The notes below the pieces were generated by a model that saw only the letters and a program-made list of their open reading frames with translations, was not told the origin of the DNA and searched no databases. 64,000 bases of DNA from Patescibacteria group bacterium (GTDB lineage Bacteria; Patescibacteriota; Patescibacteriia; UBA1558; GWA2-36-10): assembly GCA_041662585.1 (NCBI GenBank), contig JBAZSG010000002.1, positions 13,588 through 77,587 on the forward strand, written 5' to 3'. Positions 32,614 to 41,521 of the stretch are shown here, piece by piece; the stretch's first letter is position 1; every line of letters starts with the position of its first letter. The position numbers and the translations under genes were made by a program.

Positions 32614-34611
32614 TTACCAATCACTTACATCGGGTAAAAATCCATCCGGATCAGCCACATATTCTAAACCATCTTCTTGACTATAGCTAGCACTACGCGC
32701 CATATTATTGTGATTGAATAAATTACTATCAATATCAGCCAAAAATGGAGAAGGCTTGAGTGAGTGGAAACCATCATATCTAACCATAGACATTGGATAA
32801 GTCAAATATAGATAACGCGCTGCACGAGTGGCCGCTACATAAAACAAACGTCTTTCTTCTTCTCTTTCTTCCTCTTTAACACATAGCGGATGAGGAAAAG
32901 ATTGATCAGTCATATTTATAACAAAAACAGCTTCCCACTCTAGGCCTTTGGCTTGATGAACAGTAGATAGTATTATATTATCTTGTTTTTTGTCTGACTC
33001 TCTGCCAGAAAAACTTTCTTGTAAGCTTATTTCCGATAAAAATAAATCCAGAGAGTCGTAGCCAGTCGCAAAGATAGCTAGCTGCTCAAGATCATCTTGA
33101 CGCTGACGATAATCTGTAAATTTTTCTTTAAGATATGAATGATAAAATTCAATAATTATATTTATAAGTTTGCTAACATTGGCAGTTTTGTTTTTGAGTA
33201 AATCATCTATAACCATCAGTATCTGAGACCAAGATTCTCCTGCTTTATCAGTCATGTTGAATCCAGATTCTCTGAGCTTGGACAAATCGCTTGTCTCTAC
33301 TATCTGCTGATATATTCTAAAAGCAGTCACTGGACCAATGCCTTCTTCCATTTGCAATATTCTACGCCAAGCTACTTCATCTCTATAATTACCCAATACT
33401 TTTATATAAGCTAATACATCTTTAATATGAGCTCTTTCAAAAAATCTCAGTCCCCCACGCATTTCATAATTGATGCCTCGACGATTGAGCTCCATTTCCA
33501 AGTTTTGACTATATGAGGCTGCTCGAAAAAGTATAGCAATTTGATCTGCTCTAAGCCCTTTGTCAAAATATTGTTCTATCCTATCAACTATAAAAGTCGC
33601 TTCCTGAGTGGGAGTCATGAGAGCTGCCAGCTCTGGCCTGACATGAGATTCTCTGACTGCTTTTAAATTTTTGGGAAATTGATGAATATTGGCGGCGATG
33701 ATTTGATTGGCTACATCTAGTATCTCTGGAGTAGAGCGATAATTTGTTTCCAGCTTATGAACTTTTGTTTTCTTAAACTTATCTGGAAATTCCAAAATAT
33801 TTCGTATATCAGCTGCCCTGAAAGAATAAATACTTTGTGCATCATCGCCAACAGCTAAAATATTGTTGTGCAATTTGCAAATATTAAAAATAATCTCCGC
33901 TTGAATATTATTGGTATCTTGATATTCATCAACCAAAACATATTCCCATTTGTTTTGTAATATTTTTCCGGCCTCGGGATGCTCACTAAGAACTTTCCAA
34001 AAAACCAATAAGTCATCAAAATCCAAAACATTTGATTCTTTTTTTCGTCTTTTATATTCACTAGCTATTTTCTCAATATTTTCTAGCAAGATTATCCATT
34101 CGGGAAATTTTGTTTCCAAACTACTTGCAATGTTAATACCAGAATTGGTAGCAAAACTAATAGTCTCTCTAATAATTGCTGGCGAAGGACGATGTTTGGC
34201 TGGTAAAGAAGATAAATAATCTTTGGAAATCAATTTTAGTAAATTGTCACTATCATCACTATCAATAATAGTAAAGTCAGATTTGATATCAATGTACTTG
34301 CCATAAAATCTAAGCAATCTATTGGCCAGAGAATGAAAAGTTCCTCCCCATAGTGGCAACTTGGCTTCCAATTTAAAACCCAATAAAGATTTTACTCGCC
34401 CCAACATCTCGCTAGCTGCTTTGTTGGTAAAAGTTAAGAGCAGTATCTTCTCTGGTTTTACTCCTTGATTTAAGAGCCATGCAGCCCGATAAACCAAAGT
34501 GCGAGTTTTGCCACTGCCAGCTCCAGCCAAAACCAAATGAGGTCCTTTACCAGCGGTTACGACCTCATATTGCTCCTGATTTAGTTCATTTTTAAAATCA
34601 ATACTCTTCAT
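32614..34611 (-). CDS. UvrD/PcrA/Rep-family ATP-dependent DNA helicase
   Basis: Walker A in VLAGAGSGKTRTLVYR. VDEYQDTN motif. Helicase motifs IV-VI: TNYRS...LSTVHQAKGLEW. Confidence 0.85.
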   Translation of the reverse strand: MKSIDFKNELNQEQYEVVTAGKGPHLVLAGAGSGKTRTLVYRAAWLLNQGVKPEKILLLTFTNKAASEMLGRVKSLLGFKLEAKLPLWGGTFHSLANRLLRFYGKYIDIKSDFTIIDSDDSDNLLKLISKDYLSSLPAKHRPSPAIIRETISFATNSGINIASSLETKFPEWIILLENIEKIASEYKRRKKESNVLDFDDLLVFWKVLSEHPEAGKILQNKWEYVLVDEYQDTNNIQAEIIFNICKLHNNILAVGDDAQSIYSFRAADIRNILEFPDKFKKTKVHKLETNYRSTPEILDVANQIIAANIHQFPKNLKAVRESHVRPELAALMTPTQEATFIVDRIEQYFDKGLRADQIAILFRAASYSQNLEMELNRRGINYEMRGGLRFFERAHIKDVLAYIKVLGNYRDEVAWRRILQMEEGIGPVTAFRIYQQIVETSDLSKLRESGFNMTDKAGESWSQILMVIDDLLKNKTANVSKLINIIIEFYHSYLKEKFTDYRQRQDDLEQLAIFATGYDSLDLFLSEISLQESFSGRESDKKQDNIILSTVHQAKGLEWEAVFVINMTDQSFPHPLCVKEEEREEERRLFYVAATRAARYLYLTYPMSMVRYDGFHSLKPSPFLADIDSNLFNHNNMARSASYSQEDGLEYVADPDGFLPDVSDW

Positions 34612-34728
34612 AAGTAAAAGTATTATAGCCCAAATAAAAAAATAAATCCAATGCTAAAATATTGCCTTTTTATTGGCTTTATGATTTAATTTGTCTTGTA
34701 TTTATCAATTTAAAAAGCTAAAAAATTT

Positions 34729-35790
34729 ATGTCATTTTCTCTGGGAATTGTCGGTCTACCAAATGTTGGTAAATCAACTCTATTTCAAGCATTAACCAAA
34801 AATAAGGTAGAAGCATCCAACTACCCTTTTTGTACTATTTCCCCAAATGTTGGTGTAGTAGCCGTACCAGATAATAGACTAGACCAGCTGGCTCTGATAT
34901 CAAAATCTGCCAAAATAATTCCCACTACTATAGAATTTGTAGATATTGCCGGACTGGTCAAAGGTGCTTCAGAAGGAGAAGGTTTGGGTAACAAATTTTT
35001 ATCAAACATCAGAGAAGTAGATGCTATAGTCCAAGTCATTAGAAAATTTACTGACAAAAATGTCACGCATGTTCATGGTAATATTGATCCTGAATATGAT
35101 AAAGAGATTATAAATCTAGAACTCATCATGGCAGACCTTGATGTGGTCTCCAAATATTTGACCAAAATAATTTCTAAAATGAAAGGTCCTTATGATAAAA
35201 TTTTGGACCAAGAAAAAGCTATAATGACTAAAGCCAAAGCCCAGCTAGAAGAAAATAAACTGCTCAATACTTTGGAATTAAATGAAGAAGAAGCAAAATT
35301 AATAAAACAACTCAATTTACTGAGCATCAAGCCAATAATATATTTATACAATATTGATGAGGCTGATCTTGGAAAAAATTTGTCTTTACCAGAGGGTTCC
35401 ATTGCTATTTGTGCCAAGACCGAGTCTGAATTAGCTGAATTGTCTGAAGCTGAAGCCAAAGAATATATGCAAGAGCTGGGTATTTCTGTTAGTGGCTTAG
35501 ATAATTTAATTACTACTAGTTACAAATTATTAAAACTAATTACTTTTATTACTACTGGCCCAGAAGAAACTAAGGCTTGGACTGTAACAGAAGGTACCAA
35601 AGCTCCTCAGGCTGCCGGAGTTATTCATACTGACTTTGAGCAAGGTTTTATTCGAGCTGAAGTTATAAATTGGCAACAACTTTTAGATGATGGCGGTTGG
35701 AATGCTGGAAAAGAAGCTGGTCATATGCGCATGGAGGGCAAAGAATACACTATGCAAGACGGTGATACAGTGCACTTTCATTTTAATTAA
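34729..35790 (+). CDS. ychF: Ribosome-binding ATPase YchF (Obg-family GTPase)
   Basis: [23 protein letters not shown]...[11 protein letters not shown]-terminal TGS domain ([11 protein letters not shown]...). Confidence 0.9.
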   Translation: MSFSLGIVGLPNVGKSTLFQALTKNKVEASNYPFCTISPNVGVVAVPDNRLDQLALISKSAKIIPTTIEFVDIAGLVKGASEGEGLGNKFLSNIREVDAIVQVIRKFTDKNVTHVHGNIDPEYDKEIINLELIMADLDVVSKYLTKIISKMKGPYDKILDQEKAIMTKAKAQLEENKLLNTLELNEEEAKLIKQLNLLSIKPIIYLYNIDEADLGKNLSLPEGSIAICAKTESELAELSEAEAKEYMQELGISVSGLDNLITTSYKLLKLITFITTGPEETKAWTVTEGTKAPQAAGVIHTDFEQGFIRAEVINWQQLLDDGGWNAGKEAGHMRMEGKEYTMQDGDTVHFHFN

Positions 35791-35827
35791 AGCATTTTTT
35801 AATTTCAGATTATTGTGAATGTTTTAT

Positions 35828-35850
35828 GCTAGATGCGACTTTGCGCAGCA
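35828..35850. repeat. Right copy (reverse complement) of the 23-bp inverted repeat
   Basis: gcgactttgcgcagcaacggagc. It is embedded in a local hairpin: atgttttatgc...gcataaaacat. Confidence 0.75.
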
Positions 35851-36175
35851 ACGGAGCAGTCTGCATAAAACATAAACAAAAAAATATCTTTAAAAAACTA
35901 ATTATATAAATTTGCTCTTAGTCTAAGCTATCGTTAACGGCCTTCGCCTAATCACTCTTAGCTTAGACTATTCGCAAAAAATATACTTTTTGTAATAAAA
36001 ATATGCTATAATATACTTATCGTAGTTCTTTGTTATAAATTCTTTGTAACAAATACTAACACAAGTAAAACGTGCTCAATGAAAAAGCACCTAAAAATAA
36101 ATATAAAATACTTGGCTAATATTTAAAACAAAGATAACAATTAATACAATTGAATATGGACATGGAAGTCTTCTA

Positions 36176-36214
36176 GAATTCCACCTACATTGGGGCAGGT
36201 GGAATTCTTTTTTT
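36176..36214 (+). terminator. Strong rho-independent terminator (11-bp stem plus T7) inside a long intergenic region
   Basis: gaattccacct-acattggggc-aggtggaattc-ttttttt. No annotated plus-strand ORF precedes it for about 380 bp after ychF. Confidence 0.85.
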
Positions 36215-36215
36215 A

Positions 36216-36244
36216 TTGACAAAAATACTTCTTATGAAATAATA
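36216..36244 (+). promoter_or_regulatory. Candidate sigma70 promoter for the 36259-38798 operon
   Basis: TTGACA (36216-36221) - 17 nt - ATAATA. Confidence 0.4.
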
Positions 36245-36258
36245 TACATATATAATAT

Positions 36259-37719
36259 ATGAACAAAGAAGAAGTTAGAAAACAACGAGATCATATAATT
36301 TCTCAACTTAAACAATATTCTCCACTGTTTAAGCCTTTTTTTGAAATGGATAAAAGTTTGGAAGAATACTCAAAAAATATCTATGATTTTGATAGAAATT
36401 ATAGATATATAGAAAGGCAGAAACAAATCAAAAAACTAATTGAGAATAAATTTAAAAAATTATTTCCTAAAGAATATGATAGCTTAAACATAGATTATAA
36501 TGATCAGTGGGCTTGTAATATAGTAGACCATCACCAAATTCTAAACAATCCTCTTATAATATCTAGCAATATTATAACTAGCATTGATAAATTTCTAAAA
36601 GATGAAAAACAAAAAGCAATAATAACCATATCTAGTGGTGATGTACCACCTAATAATTACTTTAGTCGTAACGGTTTTGAAGTAGCTGGTAAAAGAGTGC
36701 CTATATTTACTAATAAAGAAAAAGAATACAATTCTAATCTACTACCTAAGCGTGATTTTGATTTCCTAAAAAATCTGAAACTAGCTAAACGCCTAAATGA
36801 ATTTAACAAAGAAGAATTAAAATTCTTAGAAGAAGAAGTGAAGTGGATCCAAGGCCTAGACTATTCTGGTTGTGATAACTACAACGATCAAATATCAGTA
36901 CTTGTAAAAAATCAATGGCCAAGAATGTACGAAGAGAAAATAAGATCTACTTTACCTGATTTACTATACATAACCCAAGAAAATATAACTACCCTATCAC
37001 TTCTAGAAATATTAGATCAAGATAATCTAGTAACTTATACCTTATTTAACAAAGCTTTCAGAGAAAAAGTTATTAAAACATTTAGAGGTATTGTCGTTAC
37101 TTGGGATGAAAGCTTACCTAAAGGGACACACTTCTTCTGGAGGAAACATCCAGATGGCTTTAAATCTTTAAGGCTTTATTTAGAAGGTGATAAATTAGTA
37201 CCAGAAGATAGTCGTTACAAGAATTTAACCTTTACACTAGATCAAAAAACTGTAAGGGAACTCTTGGAAAAAGGAGAAATATACCCAAGTCTATTTACAA
37301 TATTTATGGTAGTTAATTTCTATTATGGTATCAAACCTTTAGTTGGACAAGGATCACTTACTTATTTAAATTTAATAAGACAAAAATGGCTCAACGTCTT
37401 AGAAGAGTCTGATTACGCTAGTGAATTAGATAATATAAAATCATATAAGATAGATAAACTAATAACTGGTATTATAATATTTTTTGAAAAGCATAACAGT
37501 GGTGTAAAAACACTCTGGGCTTATGATATTATAAAACAAGGTGGGATAAAAGAAGAATACCTAAAAAAATTATTTGATATGCCTTTTAAAAATTTGCTAA
37601 CAACAGCTGTAGTTGGTATCTATGATTATATTGGCCCTAAATACGTACCAGAGAAAGAAAGAATTATACCTACTGTTACATCGGATGAATTAGCTAATTT
37701 AATATTTAACTGGTTATGA
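36259..37719 (+). CDS. Hypothetical protein (486 aa), first gene of a two-gene module
   Basis: Long ORF, K/N/I-rich, with no recognisable catalytic motif. Its stop overlaps the next start (ATGA). Confidence 0.5.
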   Translation: MNKEEVRKQRDHIISQLKQYSPLFKPFFEMDKSLEEYSKNIYDFDRNYRYIERQKQIKKLIENKFKKLFPKEYDSLNIDYNDQWACNIVDHHQILNNPLIISSNIITSIDKFLKDEKQKAIITISSGDVPPNNYFSRNGFEVAGKRVPIFTNKEKEYNSNLLPKRDFDFLKNLKLAKRLNEFNKEELKFLEEEVKWIQGLDYSGCDNYNDQISVLVKNQWPRMYEEKIRSTLPDLLYITQENITTLSLLEILDQDNLVTYTLFNKAFREKVIKTFRGIVVTWDESLPKGTHFFWRKHPDGFKSLRLYLEGDKLVPEDSRYKNLTFTLDQKTVRELLEKGEIYPSLFTIFMVVNFYYGIKPLVGQGSLTYLNLIRQKWLNVLEESDYASELDNIKSYKIDKLITGIIIFFEKHNSGVKTLWAYDIIKQGGIKEEYLKKLFDMPFKNLLTTAVVGIYDYIGPKYVPEKERIIPTVTSDELANLIFNWL

Positions 37720-38798
37720 TAAATAAAATAAAAAAAATAACTTGGCTAGCTGTTTTTTCCAGAGCAGGCTTTCCTTATTTTATAGTAGACTTAGCTATCA
37801 ATGCTTACGTTTTAGATATGAAAAAACGTCTATCTTGGGGATATAGAGACCAATTAATGCTTATACGAAAAAATTTAATTACTTCCTACTATTCTAAAAG
37901 AGATGAGGATAGTTTTAAAGAGTGGTTAAAGAAACAGAATGAAAAAAAGCTAGAAAAAATAAATAATATAATCTTAAAACAATTAAAAGAATCTAAAAAT
38001 TATATTGCTAAGACCAATAAATTATTAAAAAATGAGAATAGTTTAATAACATCTTTAGATTATATATACAAAGCCTACTATAATCTTTATGCAATCTATC
38101 GTTTCCCTACTATCTTAGATACAAATAATAAAAATCTAGTATCAAATGAACTAATAAAAAAATTTGCTTCTACTAAAGATAAGTGTGGATTCTTTTTTGG
38201 AGAAAGTGATTCTAGTACCCTAAAAGAATTTAATAAGCTAGCTTCAAAAAAACTAAAATTAGCCTCCTACTCTGCTTTGGATATGAGCTATAAAGAATTA
38301 CGTGAATCTTTATTAAAAAACAAAGTAAGCGTTTCCAAAAAAATATTAGAGCAGAGACTAAATAAATTTATTTTTGCTGTTAGCGATAAAAAAAGTAAGG
38401 TATATTACGGTAAACAGGTAGATAGTTTAATTAAAACTTTAGAGAAGCAAGACAATATTAAAAGTACTTCCTTAAAAGGTCAAATAGCCTACCCAGGAAA
38501 AATAAAAGCTAAGGTATTAATTGCTAAATCAGTAGATGATTTAAAAAATTATAAATTTAAAACAAAAATAATCTTAGTAGCTCCTATGACTACTACTTAT
38601 TTTATACCTTATATAAAAAATGTATCTGCTATTATAACCGATGAAGGGGGAATTACTTGTCATGCTGCTATACTAGCCAGAGAATTTAAAAAACCATGCC
38701 TAATAGGTACAAGATATGCTACTAAAATATTTAAAAACGGCGATCTGGTAGAAGTAGATACCGACAAAGGAATAGTAAAAATATTAGAAAAATTATAA
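37716..38798 (+). CDS. Hypothetical protein with C-terminal PEP-utilizing-enzyme mobile (phosphohistidine swivel) domain
   Basis: The C-terminal ILVAPMTTTYFIPYIKNVSAIITDEGGITCHAAILAREFKKPCLIGT...GDLVEVDTDKGIV parallels ppsA [22 protein letters not shown]. The N-terminal 270 aa are unassigned. Confidence 0.6.
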   Translation: MINKIKKITWLAVFSRAGFPYFIVDLAINAYVLDMKKRLSWGYRDQLMLIRKNLITSYYSKRDEDSFKEWLKKQNEKKLEKINNIILKQLKESKNYIAKTNKLLKNENSLITSLDYIYKAYYNLYAIYRFPTILDTNNKNLVSNELIKKFASTKDKCGFFFGESDSSTLKEFNKLASKKLKLASYSALDMSYKELRESLLKNKVSVSKKILEQRLNKFIFAVSDKKSKVYYGKQVDSLIKTLEKQDNIKSTSLKGQIAYPGKIKAKVLIAKSVDDLKNYKFKTKIILVAPMTTTYFIPYIKNVSAIITDEGGITCHAAILAREFKKPCLIGTRYATKIFKNGDLVEVDTDKGIVKILEKL

Positions 38799-38828
38799 TC
38801 TATCTTTGCGCCACATATTAATGTAACG

Positions 38829-38898
38829 CATCCCGCCTTTGGCGGGATCAAGAATTCGTAACTACTTAGACTTCGTCTTCGTAGACGAATTCTTGATA
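38829..38898. terminator. Two adjacent hairpins between convergent genes (atcccgcc-ttt-ggcgggat; tcaagaattcgt-N25-acgaattcttga)
   Basis: 8-bp and 12-bp perfect stems. Convergent 3' ends of the module and queA. Confidence 0.6.
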
Positions 38899-39914
38899 AA
38901 CATGGCGTCACCAAAAGAAAAAAATCTATATTTTAACTTGATAGCTTTTTTATAAGCCTTTAAAATAAATTCTCTGCCAGCCAGAGCTGAGACCATAAAG
39001 AGCAGGGAGCTTTTTGGTAAGTGAAAATTGGTAATCAAATCATCGACAAACTTGTATTTATAACCTGGATAAATATAAATATCCACCCATTTAGAACCTG
39101 CCTTTAATTTACCAGATTTATCACTAAAAGCTTCTAGTGTTCTAGCACTGGTAGTGCCAATTGCTATTATATTTTTACCCTGCTTTTTTAGTTTATTTAA
39201 ATTATTAGCCGTACGCTTACTGATACTAGCCCACTCATGATGAATCTGATGTTTTGAAATGTCTTCTACTTCTACTGGCGCAAAAGTGCCCAGTCCAACA
39301 TGAAGTGTCACTTTAAATACTTTGATTTTTTTCTTTGCTAATTTATCTAAAATAGTTTTTGTAAAATGAAGGCCGGCTGTTGGCGCCGCTGCAGATCCAG
39401 ATGACTTGGCATAAACTGTTTGGTAATCTTTCTTAATACTTTTACTATCTTTAGTTTTAATATATGGAGGCAGTGGCGTATGACCAATGGCTTCTATAAT
39501 ATTTTCTAATTTCTTATTAGCTAAATTAAATTTTATTTGCTTGATTTTACCATCTATATTATCAATTATTTTGGCCTCTAATTTTTTACCAAAATATATT
39601 GTATCGCCTATTTTAATATTTCTTCCTCCGATCATAGCCAAGTAATATCCTCTGGCTTGCTGCTCAATTAATAATAGCTCTACTTTGCCTCCAGTTTTTT
39701 TGTGTCCATAGAGCCTAGCTGGAAAAACTTTGCTTTCATTGACTACCAAAACATCATTGGCCGTAAGATAGTCTGGTAAATCATAAAAATGTTTATGAGT
39801 TATTTTTTGTTTACTGCTATCCAATAGCAAAAGCCGCGAATGGTCTCGCGGTTTTATTTGCTTTTGAGCTATCAGCTCATGAGGTAAATGATAATCAAAA
39901 AGATTAATTTTCAT
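38862..39914 (-). CDS. queA: S-adenosylmethionine:tRNA ribosyltransferase-isomerase
   Basis: MKINLFDYHLPHELIAQKQIKPRDHSRLLLLD... Confidence 0.85.
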   Translation of the reverse strand: MKINLFDYHLPHELIAQKQIKPRDHSRLLLLDSSKQKITHKHFYDLPDYLTANDVLVVNESKVFPARLYGHKKTGGKVELLLIEQQARGYYLAMIGGRNIKIGDTIYFGKKLEAKIIDNIDGKIKQIKFNLANKKLENIIEAIGHTPLPPYIKTKDSKSIKKDYQTVYAKSSGSAAAPTAGLHFTKTILDKLAKKKIKVFKVTLHVGLGTFAPVEVEDISKHQIHHEWASISKRTANNLNKLKKQGKNIIAIGTTSARTLEAFSDKSGKLKAGSKWVDIYIYPGYKYKFVDDLITNFHLPKSSLLFMVSALAGREFILKAYKKAIKLKYRFFSFGDAMFIKNSSTKTKSK

Positions 39915-40473
39915 GTTGTCTAATTTTTTTTCTATCGCTAGCTATTTTAGAATAAATACAACCACAATAATCTTGTCTATAAAACCCTTCATCTTTGCTC
40001 ATCTGAGCCGCTATCTTAAAACCATCATTTTTCTTCCAATCAGCTTCTAAAAATTTGCTATCGTGCAATCTAGCTAGCTTGTTGGCTACCATATTAATTT
40101 GACTAGCATCTTTGTGTGGAGATATACTCATGACAGTTGTCCAAAAGTCATAACCTTCTGCTTTGGCCTTTTTAGCTGTTTCGTTTAAACGAATATCAAA
40201 ACAGACTTCACACCTCTTGCCTTTTTCTAGTTCATTTTCTAGACCTCGGGTTTTGTCTATCCAATTGACACTATCATATTCGCCTTCCATAAAATCAACA
40301 CCAATTTTTTTAGCATAAGCCTTCATTTCATCACGACGCTTTATATATTCAAGACGAGGATGAATATTTGGATCATAAAAAAATATACTTAGCTCATAAT
40401 CTTTGGCTAATTTTCTCAATACATATATTGAGCAAGGTGCACAACATGAATGTAAAAGTAATCTAGGTTGCAT
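39904..40473 (-). CDS. queH: Epoxyqueuosine reductase QueH (DUF208)
   Basis: LLLHSCCAPCS signature and downstream Cys residues. 189 aa. Confidence 0.8.
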   Translation of the reverse strand: MQPRLLLHSCCAPCSIYVLRKLAKDYELSIFFYDPNIHPRLEYIKRRDEMKAYAKKIGVDFMEGEYDSVNWIDKTRGLENELEKGKRCEVCFDIRLNETAKKAKAEGYDFWTTVMSISPHKDASQINMVANKLARLHDSKFLEADWKKNDGFKIAAQMSKDEGFYRQDYCGCIYSKIASDRKKIRQHEN

Positions 40474-40476
40474 AGA

Positions 40477-41496
40477 TTAAAATAATTTATTTTTATTATT
40501 TTTATTTTCTATGCCTAAGTATTCATAAGTTTTATCCGTGGCAATCCTGCCAGAAGAGGTGCGAGAAAGCAAGCCTAGTTGCATAAGGTAGGGTTCAAAT
40601 ATCTCTTCAATAGTACCAGCTTCTTCTTGGACAGATGCGGCCATAGTACTAAGACCTACTGGACCACCACCAAAATTGGCTATCAAAACAGTCAAAAGTT
40701 TTCTATCAAGATCATCTAGCCCATATTTATCAATAGCCATCATATCCAGAGCCAGTTTCGTCAAATCATAAGAAATATTGCCATCGCCTTTAACCTGAGA
40801 ATAATCTCTAACCCTCTTTAGTATACGATTGGCAATACGCGGAGTAGCTCGACTTCGACTAGCTATTTCAAGAGTCGCTTGATCATCAATCTTGATAGCC
40901 AGTATCGCTGCTGCTCGTTTTACAATTTGAGCTAGCTCTTCGTTATTATAAAAATTCAATCTAAAAGTAACACCAAATCTATCTCGAAGTGGAGAGGATA
41001 TAAGATTGTACCTGGTAGTAGCTCCAATCAAAGTAAATTTTGGCAAATCCAAACGGAGTATTTGAGCTGATGGTCCTTTGCCAAGTATTATATCCAAGGC
41101 AAAATCTTCCATAGCTGGATACAGTATCTCTTCTATAGTTTTATTGAGTCTATGGATTTCATCAATAAACAAAATGTCTCCGTCTTGCAAATTGGTAATA
41201 ATAGCCGCCAAATCTCCAGCTTTGGAAATAGCTGGACCAGAAGTGACTTTTACTCCCACGCCCATTTCTTTGGCTATGATATGAGCCAAAGTGGTTTTGC
41301 CCAAACCCGGTGGACCATAAAGTAGTGTATGGTCAATTGGCTCTTGTCTACTTTTGGCAGCTTGTATCACAATATTCAGATTGGCCTTTACTTGTTCTTG
41401 ACCTACATAGTCTTCTAATTTTTGTGGACGCAAAGTAAGATCCCAAGTGCGATCTGTATTTTGCTCTTTGGCTGAAGTCAGTCTATCACTATCCAT
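40477..41496 (-). CDS. ruvB: Holliday junction branch-migration ATPase RuvB
   Basis: [16 protein letters not shown]...[22 protein letters not shown]...DEIHRL. The start is placed at the internal Met to avoid overlap with gyrA; the exact start is uncertain. Confidence 0.85.
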   Translation of the reverse strand: MDSDRLTSAKEQNTDRTWDLTLRPQKLEDYVGQEQVKANLNIVIQAAKSRQEPIDHTLLYGPPGLGKTTLAHIIAKEMGVGVKVTSGPAISKAGDLAAIITNLQDGDILFIDEIHRLNKTIEEILYPAMEDFALDIILGKGPSAQILRLDLPKFTLIGATTRYNLISSPLRDRFGVTFRLNFYNNEELAQIVKRAAAILAIKIDDQATLEIASRSRATPRIANRILKRVRDYSQVKGDGNISYDLTKLALDMMAIDKYGLDDLDRKLLTVLIANFGGGPVGLSTMAASVQEEAGTIEEIFEPYLMQLGLLSRTSSGRIATDKTYEYLGIENKNNKNKLF

Positions 41497-41521
41497 ATTG
41501 TTTATATGTAATCCCCAAAAT

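Noticed and set aside
36008-36212. Assignment of the candidate sRNA to 6S, SRP, tmRNA or RNase P RNA
   Set aside because: It has no tRNA-like end (tmRNA), no SRP domain IV GNAR tetraloop motif, no P4-like conserved RNase P nucleotides, and no long 6S-like central bubble that I can recognise by eye. Left as an unclassified candidate.
38660-38914. Minus-strand 84-aa ORF spanning the 3' end of the swivel-domain gene and the hairpin region
   Set aside because: It overlaps a well-supported CDS and runs through two perfect-stem hairpins, so it is almost certainly spurious.
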